This document shows positions 10,214 through 19,208 of a DNA stretch of 64,000 nt, piece after piece (position 1 is the stretch's first letter; every line of letters begins with the position of its first letter). The notes under the pieces were generated by a model. The model made no database searches, was not told the DNA's origin, and saw only the letters and a list, made by a program, of their open reading frames with translations. Source of the stretch: Nanobdellota archaeon (lineage in GTDB: Archaea; Nanobdellota; Nanobdellia; Parvarchaeales; Parvarchaeaceae). Location of the stretch: contig JAJYWD010000001.1 in NCBI GenBank assembly GCA_021791655.1, positions 32,655 through 96,654 on the forward strand. The letters run 5' to 3'. Position numbers and translations under genes: made by a program.

Positions 10214-11020
10214 TTGGAGGTTGATATGGCAATGAATTTCAGCGAGGATTACATAGGGAAGATAAGGCGGTTGTTTGGCCTTAACCTGTACGAGGCTAAG
10301 GTATGGCTTGCTCTACTTTCGCAAGGAAAAGCCACTACGGGAAGGCTTAGTGATATAGCTAACATACCAAAATCCCGTTCTTACGATATACTGGTGTCGC
10401 TCGAAAACGGGGGCTTCATAGTGAGAAATCTAAGTAAGCCCATAAGTTACAGTGCTATACCACCCTCAGAGCTATTGGATAGACTGGAAGAAAAGGCAAA
10501 GGAAGCGGTAGAGGTGCGTTTGGACAAACTAAACAAGCTTCGGGAGAGTGTGGTCATAAAGGATTTACAGAGCTTGTACGAAAAGGGCATAAAATTCACA
10601 AGTGAGGAAAAGGTTGCCACTTCGTATCAGGGTTCTGATGCAGCTTACTTCAGGATAAAGAAAAGCATAAAGGGCGCAAAGGAAGAGGTGATTCTGGTAA
10701 GCACGGGCACCGCTTTGGGTAGGAAAATAAAGGCCCTTGGCAGGACCCTAAGGCAGGCAAAAGAGAGCGGCGTAAATGTCAAAGTATTTGCTCCCGCTTC
10801 CCAATTGAGTGAGGACGTTGTTTCGGAACTAAAGGACATAGGCAAGGTTAACAAGCTAAACATGGAGCTAGGTAGGTTTATACTCGTTGACGGAGACGAA
10901 GCTTTTGTATTCACGGAAAATGATGTAGAAACACATCCAAGCAGTGAAGTCGTGTTGCATCTGAAAAGCAAGTACTTGACAGATAAGCTTAAGAAACTGG
11001 CGACTGCGCACTCTGTTTAA
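10214..11020 (+). CDS. TrmB-family transcriptional regulator
   Basis: 268 aa. The N-terminal wHTH YEAKVWLALLSQGKATTGRLSDIANIPKSRSYDILVSLENGGFI matches the TrmB signature. Alternative start at 10226 (MAMNF) sits behind a GGAGG motif. Confidence 0.7.
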   Translation: MEVDMAMNFSEDYIGKIRRLFGLNLYEAKVWLALLSQGKATTGRLSDIANIPKSRSYDILVSLENGGFIVRNLSKPISYSAIPPSELLDRLEEKAKEAVEVRLDKLNKLRESVVIKDLQSLYEKGIKFTSEEKVATSYQGSDAAYFRIKKSIKGAKEEVILVSTGTALGRKIKALGRTLRQAKESGVNVKVFAPASQLSEDVVSELKDIGKVNKLNMELGRFILVDGDEAFVFTENDVETHPSSEVVLHLKSKYLTDKLKKLATAHSV

Positions 11021-11550
11021 GGAGTGTTCGCTGCCCTGTACACCGCTCTGAGTTCGCGTATGCGTGTCTTTGCATATCCTCTTATCGGAAAATGCATAAC
11101 GTACGCCTTGGAACCGCTAATACGTTTTTGCCACCCAAATACTGCGTCTTTGCTTCCGCGGAACTTCAGAAATGTAACCTTACCTACGAAACACACGACT
11201 TTAGGTTTTGAGTGTTTTATGGCTGACGTTATTTGTAGTCTTCCTTCCATTTCTTCGCCTCGTCTCAGTTCGGAAACATCCCTGCTCGGCCGGTTTACCA
11301 CGTTCAGCAGGCCGAATCTATACACTCTGCCAAATTTATTATGATACATCTTCCTGAGCCTTTCGTCGTCCCTAACTTCAGATTCGGTCTCTTTTATAAG
11401 GCCACTTCTGCTGAGGAGATACCAGAACATCTTGTTATTGGAGAACGGTACTCCTCTTTTGAATGAGCCATGATGGGGGTTTATACCTATAAAAAGTATT
11501 TTCGGATTTTTAGGGACAAAATACCTTATCATAAGCCAAATAAATGTCAC
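11017..11550 (-). CDS. Mug/TDG-family (UDG family 2) mismatch uracil/thymine DNA glycosylase
   Basis: 177 aa. ILFIGINPHHGSFKRGVPFSNNKMFW matches Mug motifs GINPG...NRFW. Confidence 0.6.
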   Translation of the reverse strand: MTFIWLMIRYFVPKNPKILFIGINPHHGSFKRGVPFSNNKMFWYLLSRSGLIKETESEVRDDERLRKMYHNKFGRVYRFGLLNVVNRPSRDVSELRRGEEMEGRLQITSAIKHSKPKVVCFVGKVTFLKFRGSKDAVFGWQKRISGSKAYVMHFPIRGYAKTRIRELRAVYRAANTP

Positions 11551-11580
11551 CGTATTAAATAATAAGGTAATCTAGTTAAT

Positions 11581-14500
11581 ATGACGTATATCAAGCAGCT
11601 GGAACTCGAGAATTTCAAGTCGTTTGCAGGAAGGACTAAATTTTCCTTCGTAAAGGGGTTCAATGCCATAGCCGGTGCTAACGGTTCTGGAAAGAGCAAC
11701 GTGATAGATGCCTTTCTGTTCGTTTTCGGGGGCCTGTCAAAGAAAGAAATGAGGAGCGAGGTACTCACAGATTTGATATTCAACGGCGGGAAAGCGCAGA
11801 AGCCGGCTGACAGTGCAAAAGTCAGTGTGGTATTCGATAACTCAGATCACTCGTTCGCCAAAATCGCGGAGACCGAGATGGAAATATCGCGTAGAGTAGA
11901 CCAGAACGGTAAGAGCATGTTCAGGGTAAACGGCAGTGCAACAACCCGCGAAGAGGTCTTGAATCTGCTTTCGGATGTTAAGGTGAGACAGGAAAGCTTC
12001 AATGTTATCCCTCAAGGGAAAATTAATGATATAATCGGATCAACCTCCGAAGAGAGGCTTGGGATAATAAACGATATCTCGGGGATAAGTGTATTCGAAG
12101 AGAAAAAGAAAAAAGCACTATCTGAGCTGGAAAAGGTAGAGGGAAATATCTCAAAGATAGAAACCATACAACGCGAGAAGAAGCGGCACATGAACGAGCT
12201 AGAAGAAGAGAAAAAGAAAGCAGAGGAATTCAAGAAGCTTAAGACCGAGAGATACACCGTATTTATGCACCACTTGGTGGCTAGGAAGAAGATAGCCAGC
12301 GAGGCGTTCAATAAAGTTAATGATCAGGTAAAAGAAGCCGAGGAAAAAAATGGCTCGCTATCTTTAGAGAGAGACACGCTAACTAAGACTGCAGAAAGAA
12401 TGAATTTAGACCTGGAAAACATAAACAACGAAGCTGAGGCTAGAGGCGAACAAGAATTGCGTTCCGCAGAGGAAAAGCTAAATCAGGCGGATTTGGAACT
12501 TACAAAGATGCATTCTGTTTTGGATGCCGACAAAAGGAATATAGTAGAGCTAGAAAATTCTATAGCCTCTGCAGATGCGTCTTACAAAGAACTCGCTTCA
12601 CAAATAGCCGATGAAGACGCTAAATTAAAAAACGTATCAAAAAACTTATCAGAGCTGAATGCTCTAAGGGCTGACCTGATAGAAAAATCATTCAAGAGCG
12701 AACAATTCGTTAATGACAGAGGAGATCTAGAACGCAAAATAGCAGACGTAACAGAAAAATCGTCAGAACTAAGAATTGCTCTACTGGAGTACCCGTCTGT
12801 TTCAGAGTTCCACACTAAGCTGATAGAATTAGGCGAGAAAAAGAGACGGCTTGAGTCAGAAAAAAGGGAGCTAACCGTGAAGTTCTCAGAATTGAAGCTA
12901 CTGGTTGACAAGACAAAAGCAGAGGCCAACAGGGAGGACGCTCTGGTATTTAGTCTTAGAGAGAGCGTGATAGCTCAAAGAGGCGTAATTGAGAGCTTCA
13001 GCAGGGCCTCAGAAGTTGTGAAGCGGTTGAAAAGCAGCGTTGCCGGTGTTTATGACGTGGTTTCGTCGCTGTTCACCGTGAAGGACGATAAATACTACGA
13101 TGCAATCTTAAATTCAATTGGTCGACGTTCGGATTTCATAGTGGTAGATTCGGATTTGACAGCAAGAGAGTGCATATCGAAGCTTAAAACAGAAAAGTTG
13201 GGCACATTCACATTTATACCACTTAACAGAATGTCGGTTGTGAACCCGGTAAACAAGCCTGATACTAAGGGTGTGCTAGACAACGTTATAAACCTTGTAA
13301 ATTTCGATGAGAAGTTTAGCGGTGCGATGTCGTTCGTTTTCGGTGACACAATCCTTGTTGATAATTTCGAGACTGCCAGGGGACTACCAAAGAGCTATAG
13401 AGCTGTCACGATGGACGGCACAGTGTTCGAGAAGAGCGGAGTTATATACGGCGGTAATTTCGACAGAGAAGGGCTGGTGACTGCCAGGAAAAAATATGCG
13501 AAACTTCAGGAAGATCTCAACAAACACAATGAGTCCAAGAAAAACTATGCAGACGGACTTATGGCTATGGAGCCTACACTGAGTCATTACCTTTCTCGTC
13601 TTAAGGACCTAGATGCCGATCTTAAAAATGTGGATTTTGAAATGAACACGATTAACACAAAGCTATCCAGAGTTTCCGGTTCCGAAGCCGAAATTTCAGC
13701 ACGTTTGGCTCATATGGAAAAAGATAAGTTAGGCCTTGTGGATAAACTAGAAAGGCTGAAAGCTGAAAACGTCGGCATAGACCTGGATTACAAGAAGCCC
13801 GTAGAAGAGCTTGATTCTAAGATACGTAAGTTGCAAGTGGATCAGGAAATAGCGGAGAGCAAGATAGAACATTCCTTACGGATCGAAGCTGATCGCCTTG
13901 GCGAGCGAATAACAGGGTTAAGGGACCAGAGAGTGGAGTTCGGTAAACATTTCGACTACCTGTCACAAACAATAGCCAAAGCGGACAGCGACTTACGCTA
14001 TCTTAAAGAAGAAGTAACCTCTAAAGCAAGGAATCTTGAAGATATAAGGAAGCGCCGCGACGCGCTTAACAAGGACATTGCAGCCACGGCAAGCGATATA
14101 ACCGCCGTGACCAGCAAATTGCAAATTAGCTCTAATCACCTAAACGAGCTTAAAGTAAAGCAGGCCGAAGCAAAGGTAAAGTTTCAGACAATAGAAGAGG
14201 AGATATCAAAGTACGTGATAAACATAAACGAAGAGGCCGTTACGGAAACGCCAGAGGTTATAAATAAGAGGCTACAACAACTCGATTCTAAAATTTCTTC
14301 CTTTGGCGGAATCAATGAGCTCGCTGTAAGCAAGTTCGATGAACTAATGGTAGAATACACCGAGTTCGACCAAAAACTGGTAAAGCTGGTAGAAGAGAAA
14401 ACGAAGATAAACGGGGCGATAGCAGACATAGAGAAGAAGAAAGTGGAGTCCTTTATGTCTACTCTCTCGAACATAAATGCCATATTTTCTAAGACCTTCA

Positions 14501-14916
14501 ACTCCTTCAGCGGTGGCAATATAGAGTTGGTGCCAGACAAGCCGGAGAGCATTTTCGACGGCGGCTTAGATTTCAAGGTAGAGCTGCCAAACAAAAAAGT
14601 GCACAACATACGCGGACTCAGCGGCGGTGAGAAATCGATTGTAGCGATATCCCTTATACTTTCTATATCACGTTACGTGGAAGTTTCATTTTATCTTTTG
14701 GATGAGGTTGATGCGGCGCTGGACCCTGTAAACGCGTCGAAATTCGCCTCCCTGATTAAAGCATTCTCTCCAGATTCGCAGTTCATTTTGATTTCCCACA
14801 ATGAGACTACTCTTATAAATGCGGACGTTATGTACGGTGTCACAATGACATCCGGCGGCCTTAGCAAGATAGTTAGCGTAAACCTTCCCAAGGAACAGCA
14901 CGCATCTAAGGCGTAG
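11581..14916 (+). CDS. smc: Chromosome segregation protein SMC
   Basis: 1111 aa. Walker A GANGSGKSN at the N-terminus, long coiled coils, a hinge, and the C-terminal signature LSGGEKS plus Walker B LLDEVDAALD. Confidence 0.9.
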   Translation: MTYIKQLELENFKSFAGRTKFSFVKGFNAIAGANGSGKSNVIDAFLFVFGGLSKKEMRSEVLTDLIFNGGKAQKPADSAKVSVVFDNSDHSFAKIAETEMEISRRVDQNGKSMFRVNGSATTREEVLNLLSDVKVRQESFNVIPQGKINDIIGSTSEERLGIINDISGISVFEEKKKKALSELEKVEGNISKIETIQREKKRHMNELEEEKKKAEEFKKLKTERYTVFMHHLVARKKIASEAFNKVNDQVKEAEEKNGSLSLERDTLTKTAERMNLDLENINNEAEARGEQELRSAEEKLNQADLELTKMHSVLDADKRNIVELENSIASADASYKELASQIADEDAKLKNVSKNLSELNALRADLIEKSFKSEQFVNDRGDLERKIADVTEKSSELRIALLEYPSVSEFHTKLIELGEKKRRLESEKRELTVKFSELKLLVDKTKAEANREDALVFSLRESVIAQRGVIESFSRASEVVKRLKSSVAGVYDVVSSLFTVKDDKYYDAILNSIGRRSDFIVVDSDLTARECISKLKTEKLGTFTFIPLNRMSVVNPVNKPDTKGVLDNVINLVNFDEKFSGAMSFVFGDTILVDNFETARGLPKSYRAVTMDGTVFEKSGVIYGGNFDREGLVTARKKYAKLQEDLNKHNESKKNYADGLMAMEPTLSHYLSRLKDLDADLKNVDFEMNTINTKLSRVSGSEAEISARLAHMEKDKLGLVDKLERLKAENVGIDLDYKKPVEELDSKIRKLQVDQEIAESKIEHSLRIEADRLGERITGLRDQRVEFGKHFDYLSQTIAKADSDLRYLKEEVTSKARNLEDIRKRRDALNKDIAATASDITAVTSKLQISSNHLNELKVKQAEAKVKFQTIEEEISKYVININEEAVTETPEVINKRLQQLDSKISSFGGINELAVSKFDELMVEYTEFDQKLVKLVEEKTKINGAIADIEKKKVESFMSTLSNINAIFSKTFNSFSGGNIELVPDKPESIFDGGLDFKVELPNKKVHNIRGLSGGEKSIVAISLILSISRYVEVSFYLLDEVDAALDPVNASKFASLIKAFSPDSQFILISHNETTLINADVMYGVTMTSGGLSKIVSVNLPKEQHASKA

Positions 14917-14961
14917 GTTTGGACGCCGTGTGCTTTGACGAGGCGAAAAGCTATTCCAGAT

Positions 14962-15762
14962 TTACGGTGCTATTAGCGTATCTATTAGCTTCTGCAACTG
15001 CTCCTTTGATAATTTCTTTACCTGGATGTTCTGCATGTCATTTAATGATTTGGATACATTCCCAAAGCTATTTAGACTCTCGCGTTTGCTGTTTTCGAAC
15101 ATTTCTTCATATGCACGTCTTATTGCGTTCTTTACGGTCATCTCGTCCCTCCTAAGTACCTCTTGTAAAAGATTCGTTTTTATACGCTCGATTTTTACCA
15201 TCTCGCTTGTCACGCGTGGGGACGGATAGAAAGCCTCTTTTTGGACCTCAGTTATTATGCTGAGCCTAAAGAAAGAATTTATAATAAGCGATAAGTTCGT
15301 AGATTTTTCTCCCGTCTTGTCTACCAGCCTTTCGGTTATGGTCTTGGGCATTATAAGTACACCGGATTCGAAATCGTATCTCGTTAGCTTCGCCAATATC
15401 CGGTCAATTATAGGATACGGGGGGTTGGCTATTATTTTGTTGAACGCCGGTATCACTAGTTTCATTATATCCGCGTTTATAAGGTGAACATTAGCGTTAA
15501 GTTCATATTTGTTTATCAGGTATGAGTAGAGCTTTACATCCTTCTCCACCGCGATAACTTTGCACACTTTGCTGACCATCTCTTCTATCGAACCGAACCC
15601 CGCGCCTATGTCGAGCACTGTATCGTTTTGATCGAGTGCAGAATAAGCTATCTCGGTTTCTAGGATCTTCTCATCCACCAGAAAATTTTGCCCCTCGGCC
15701 TCTAGATTAGAAAGATTGTATCCCTTTACCAAAAGAGAGATTTGCGTCTTTAAATCGGGCAT
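14962..15762 (-). CDS. ksgA: 16S rRNA (adenine1518/1519-N6) dimethyltransferase KsgA/Dim1
   Basis: 266 aa with GQNFLVD, the SAM loop VLDIGAGFGSI and a NPPY-type motif IV. Confidence 0.75.
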   Translation of the reverse strand: MPDLKTQISLLVKGYNLSNLEAEGQNFLVDEKILETEIAYSALDQNDTVLDIGAGFGSIEEMVSKVCKVIAVEKDVKLYSYLINKYELNANVHLINADIMKLVIPAFNKIIANPPYPIIDRILAKLTRYDFESGVLIMPKTITERLVDKTGEKSTNLSLIINSFFRLSIITEVQKEAFYPSPRVTSEMVKIERIKTNLLQEVLRRDEMTVKNAIRRAYEEMFENSKRESLNSFGNVSKSLNDMQNIQVKKLSKEQLQKLIDTLIAP

Positions 15763-15766
15763 ATAT

Positions 15767-16048
15767 TTAAGCCCTTTTTCTTGCCTTGAACTTTTCCACT
15801 TTGAACTCGGCGTTGCAACTGTTGCAATTCAAGAATATGTACTCCTTGGTCTTGCCGCCCTCTTTGATTTTTTTTGTGTTTAGTTCACCGGCGAGCTCGT
15901 TGTTTTTCGAGCACATGGGACACACAAATACGAACCTGTAAGATGGAGCCCCCTTTAATCTGTATATCAGTAATTTCTCGCTTCTTCCGTTCGTGTTTAG
16001 TACGCTCTTTTTAAAATAACTGCAGTCATTTAGGTTTGGCAGTTCCAT
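15767..16048 (-). CDS. Small zinc-ribbon protein (two CxxC pairs), function unknown
   Basis: 93 aa, CPMCSKN...CNSCNAEF. Tightly linked to ksgA (4-nt gap). Confidence 0.4.
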   Translation of the reverse strand: MELPNLNDCSYFKKSVLNTNGRSEKLLIYRLKGAPSYRFVFVCPMCSKNNELAGELNTKKIKEGGKTKEYIFLNCNSCNAEFKVEKFKARKRA

Positions 16049-16099
16049 TGTTTATAGTTAAAAATACAGGCTTTTAAATTTTCGCCTGCTCATACATCT

Positions 16100-17209
16100 A
16101 TGGACACAATGGTACATAATCGCGCCGGAAAATTTTTTGCTATAGCCGGTAAGAGTGGTGCGGCAGCTTTAGTACTCGTCAATGGAGAAGCGCCAAATTT
16201 GGACCCTACTTTTTTCTATTTCACTGGACTAAGAAGCGGTCTGTTTGAGGGTTGTTACGCTGTTCTGTTTCCAGACGGAAAAGTAGATCTGGTGGTTTCA
16301 ACATTGGAGGAACAGAGCGCGAGGGAAAGTGGGTTGAATCTCCGCGTGTTTAGGAGTAGCGATGAAAGGGGCAGATTGCTGGATGAAGCGTTGCGCGGTG
16401 TGGGAGTTATAGGCATAAACTCGGCAGGTTTATTGACGAGCGATTACCTCTACCTTCACGAGCGCTTTAAGGACAGGAAGCTTGTTGACCTAAGTAAGTA
16501 CATAGAAACTTGCAGGGGCGTAAAGGACGCGAATGAGATAGAACAATTGAGAAAATCCGCAGACATAGCAAGCAACGCCTTTTACGATATAAGGGGCCTT
16601 ATAAAGGAGGGAAAGAAAGAGACGGAATTGGCCGCCGATATAAATTATCTCCTTCTAAAAGGAGGCGCATCCTCCACGTCTTTCGATACTATCTGTGCGT
16701 TTGGAAAGAACAGTGCAGAGCCGCATTATTCACCTTCCGCCGGAGCTCTAAGGCGCGAGGAGATAGTCCTCTGCGACTACGGCGCCATATACAACAGGTA
16801 CTGCTCCGACATTACGAGGACTTTCGTGTTTAGATCTGACAGCGATAAATACAAAGACATGTACTCTACGGTTTTTGAAGCGCAGAAAGCCGCGTTCGGA
16901 ATGATACGGGTGGGGGCGAAAGGTTCTGACGTGCACAATGCAGCCCTTCGTGTGATAGACGGAAAATACAATGGCAGATTCATCCACGGCTTGGGGCACT
17001 CTATAGGCGTTGCTGTACACGACGGGCTCAGGATGGGCCCCGGTAGCGATTTGGTACTGGAGAAGAACATGGTTCTTACGGTTGAACCCGGCGTTTATAT
17101 CCCCGGATATGGGGGCGTAAGGATAGAAGACGATATCGTGGTCAAAGAGGAAGGATTCGAGTTACTTACAAAGGCACCTAAAGAGTGGGCCGAAATAAAC
17201 ATCCAATAA
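16100..17209 (+). CDS. Xaa-Pro aminopeptidase/dipeptidase (M24B)
   Basis: 369 aa. HGLGHSIGVAVHDG and the downstream E/E metal ligands match the pita-bread fold of M24. Confidence 0.8.
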   Translation: MDTMVHNRAGKFFAIAGKSGAAALVLVNGEAPNLDPTFFYFTGLRSGLFEGCYAVLFPDGKVDLVVSTLEEQSARESGLNLRVFRSSDERGRLLDEALRGVGVIGINSAGLLTSDYLYLHERFKDRKLVDLSKYIETCRGVKDANEIEQLRKSADIASNAFYDIRGLIKEGKKETELAADINYLLLKGGASSTSFDTICAFGKNSAEPHYSPSAGALRREEIVLCDYGAIYNRYCSDITRTFVFRSDSDKYKDMYSTVFEAQKAAFGMIRVGAKGSDVHNAALRVIDGKYNGRFIHGLGHSIGVAVHDGLRMGPGSDLVLEKNMVLTVEPGVYIPGYGGVRIEDDIVVKEEGFELLTKAPKEWAEINIQ

Positions 17210-17217
17210 ACGAACGT

Positions 17218-17448
17218 TCAGTGCTTTTCCTTTTTAGAGGAGAACTTCAGAACTACTTCACCCGATAACTTTATCGGTTCGTGCTTTGCTGACCATCTGA
17301 GCTCTACATTATTCAGGTCCAGCGTCAACTCCTTGTAGCCGCTCAACATTGTCGCTATCAGGTTTTCCGAGAGTTTTCTCATTATTGGTTCCTTTATGTC
17401 CATACCCAATGATGGACGATTCTGATATTTAAGTTTTAAAATACTCAA
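17218..17448 (-). CDS. Hypothetical small protein
   Basis: 76 aa ORF whose start overlaps the stop of the upstream SHOCT gene (ATGA). No recognisable motif. Confidence 0.3.
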   Translation of the reverse strand: MSILKLKYQNRPSLGMDIKEPIMRKLSENLIATMLSGYKELTLDLNNVELRWSAKHEPIKLSGEVVLKFSSKKEKH

Positions 17449-18308
17449 GCCACTAAGTCGAACAATGTTTCAAGCTGCGCCCTCCTCATCTCTAATCTCT
17501 CCTTTAGCTCTTTATACTGGGCTTCGCTTATCTTTCCAGATACAAAGTTTCTCTCCAGATCGGACAATTCTTTTTCAACGTCCTTAAGCTTCTGGGTAAG
17601 GTTCTGGCTCGGCCTGCCGCGCAGTGACAGTGTATCCGACAGCTTCTCGTCCACGGCTCTTTTGTTCAGCTTGTTAGAGTATTTTCTAGAGAGTTCACTG
17701 TACATTTCGGTAAGATCGCTTTCAAGCTTTGCGTATGAATCTTTATCCTTGAATCTACAGTCCCCAGCCATAACCACCCTTACATTCGCTGCGGTCTCTG
17801 TCGGGTCATACACGCCTATAATCTTTATCCACACGTAAAGAGGGACTACTTTCTTTACGATCCAGAACAATAAGGCCAAGAAGAGCAGTACTATAGTACC
17901 ATATAGCAAGTATCCGGATGGTGCGTAATTAACCGTAGTAACGCTTTGGTATATAGTGTCTCTGTAAGACGCAAGTAGGACCGCTAGGAGTATCACACCC
18001 AGTATAAGACATATTTTCCACAACGTGGGGAACTTAGAACCCTTTACGTTGTCCTTAGCGGACTTCACGAACGACCTTATCGGCTTCACGTTTCCGCCCC
18101 TGAAGGTTTCCTCGAGTTCGCTGTCATCAAACTTAGTCAATTCGTTCAGCAGGTTCTTGTAGCCAAGGTCCGCCAGCATCTCGGAAAGCTCGTTTCTGAG
18201 TTCCTGCGGGTCGTCGCTTTTTATGTACAAATCGTAGAAGACGTGGTGGTTTTCAAGCTCCTCCGTCCTGAATTCTTTCTCGTATTTCCTTATTACTGGT
18301 CCGAACAT
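17445..18308 (-). CDS. Membrane protein with C-terminal SHOCT-like domain
   Basis: 287 aa with two central TM helices. A C-terminal coiled coil ends in GKISEAQYKELKERL (SHOCT-like GxIS/T-EEY-K). Confidence 0.5.
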   Translation of the reverse strand: MFGPVIRKYEKEFRTEELENHHVFYDLYIKSDDPQELRNELSEMLADLGYKNLLNELTKFDDSELEETFRGGNVKPIRSFVKSAKDNVKGSKFPTLWKICLILGVILLAVLLASYRDTIYQSVTTVNYAPSGYLLYGTIVLLFLALLFWIVKKVVPLYVWIKIIGVYDPTETAANVRVVMAGDCRFKDKDSYAKLESDLTEMYSELSRKYSNKLNKRAVDEKLSDTLSLRGRPSQNLTQKLKDVEKELSDLERNFVSGKISEAQYKELKERLEMRRAQLETLFDLVA

Positions 18309-18390
18309 AATAATTAATAGAAATGCGTTACAATAAATACGCTTTTTTCCGCATTTTGCGTCGTTTTTGCCGTAAAATTGACAACTAAAA

Positions 18391-18400
18391 TTTTATAATA
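18391..18400 (+). promoter_or_regulatory. Putative TATA box for the nuoJ operon (leaderless)
   Basis: TTTTATAATA centred about 25 nt upstream of the nuoJ ATG at 18420, in an A/T-rich intergenic region. Confidence 0.3.
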
Positions 18401-18419
18401 GCCCGCTGCAATAAAATTT

Positions 18420-18902
18420 ATGGACTTTGCGACCGTCGGTTTTTGGGTGCTTTCTGCTCTGCTGATAGGCATGTCGCTGGTGATGGTGCTTGAGAGCAAG
18501 AGGCTTGTCCATTATGTGCTGTTCCTGTTCGTTTTCTTGCTATTGGTAGCGGCGATGCTTATCCTATTAAACGCAGTGTTCTTAAGCATCGCGGAGCTGA
18601 TCGTATACAACGGCGGGATAGTGCTCCTGCTTGCCATAGGCATATCCTTCATGCCGGAGGGGACTGTGAACAAGAGCGATGCTAAGTATCTGGCAGTAAT
18701 ACCTGCCCTTGTGCTTGTTCTTATAACCGTGATACTGTACGGCGCGAGCAACGGCGGCGTAAATACAAGTCTGGACTATGGCAGTCTAGGCGTTTATCTT
18801 TTTACTAATTACGCAGTTTTGCTCGGGCTGCTTGGAGTAACCTCCGTAGCCACCTTGATATCCGCGCTTTACTTCATAAGCGAGGAGGATGTAACAACAT
18901 GA
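18420..18902 (+). CDS. nuoJ: NADH-quinone oxidoreductase subunit J
   Basis: 160 aa with five TM helices. Position immediately upstream of nuoK/L/M/N supports the call. Confidence 0.7.
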   Translation: MDFATVGFWVLSALLIGMSLVMVLESKRLVHYVLFLFVFLLLVAAMLILLNAVFLSIAELIVYNGGIVLLLAIGISFMPEGTVNKSDAKYLAVIPALVLVLITVILYGASNGGVNTSLDYGSLGVYLFTNYAVLLGLLGVTSVATLISALYFISEEDVTT

Positions 18903-19201
18903 TCTCTTATCAAAATTTAACCATAGTGACGTCCATCCTCTTTGCAGTGGCGGTTTATGGGATTTTGTCAAGAAGGAATGGTGTTACGTTCATAATATCT
19001 GCGGAGATAGCGCTTAACGCAGCCATTTTAAACTTCGTAGGCGGGTCCGATGAATTCAGCAGCTTGGGTGGCGCAAGTTACGCGCTAATGATACTTGTTA
19101 TAGCGGTAATAGAGACCGTTGTAATAATAAGCATGCTTATAACTTATTACAAGAGGACTGGCTCCATATCTTTTTCTAGTCTAAAAGATCTAAAAGGTTG
19201 A
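18899..19201 (+). CDS. nuoK: NADH-quinone oxidoreductase subunit K
   Basis: 100 aa with three TM helices and a conserved Glu-containing helix. Overlaps nuoJ by 4 nt. Confidence 0.8.
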   Translation: MISYQNLTIVTSILFAVAVYGILSRRNGVTFIISAEIALNAAILNFVGGSDEFSSLGGASYALMILVIAVIETVVIISMLITYYKRTGSISFSSLKDLKG

Positions 19202-19208
19202 CCGGTTT

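Noticed and set aside
12012-14609. Several 80-140 aa minus-strand ORFs (12012-12311, 12582-12929, 13095-13349, 13384-13587, 14184-14609) inside smc
   Set aside because: They lie antisense to a long, well-supported SMC reading frame. Their translations are low-complexity Ser/Phe-rich mirror images of the Lys/Glu-rich coiled-coil codons.
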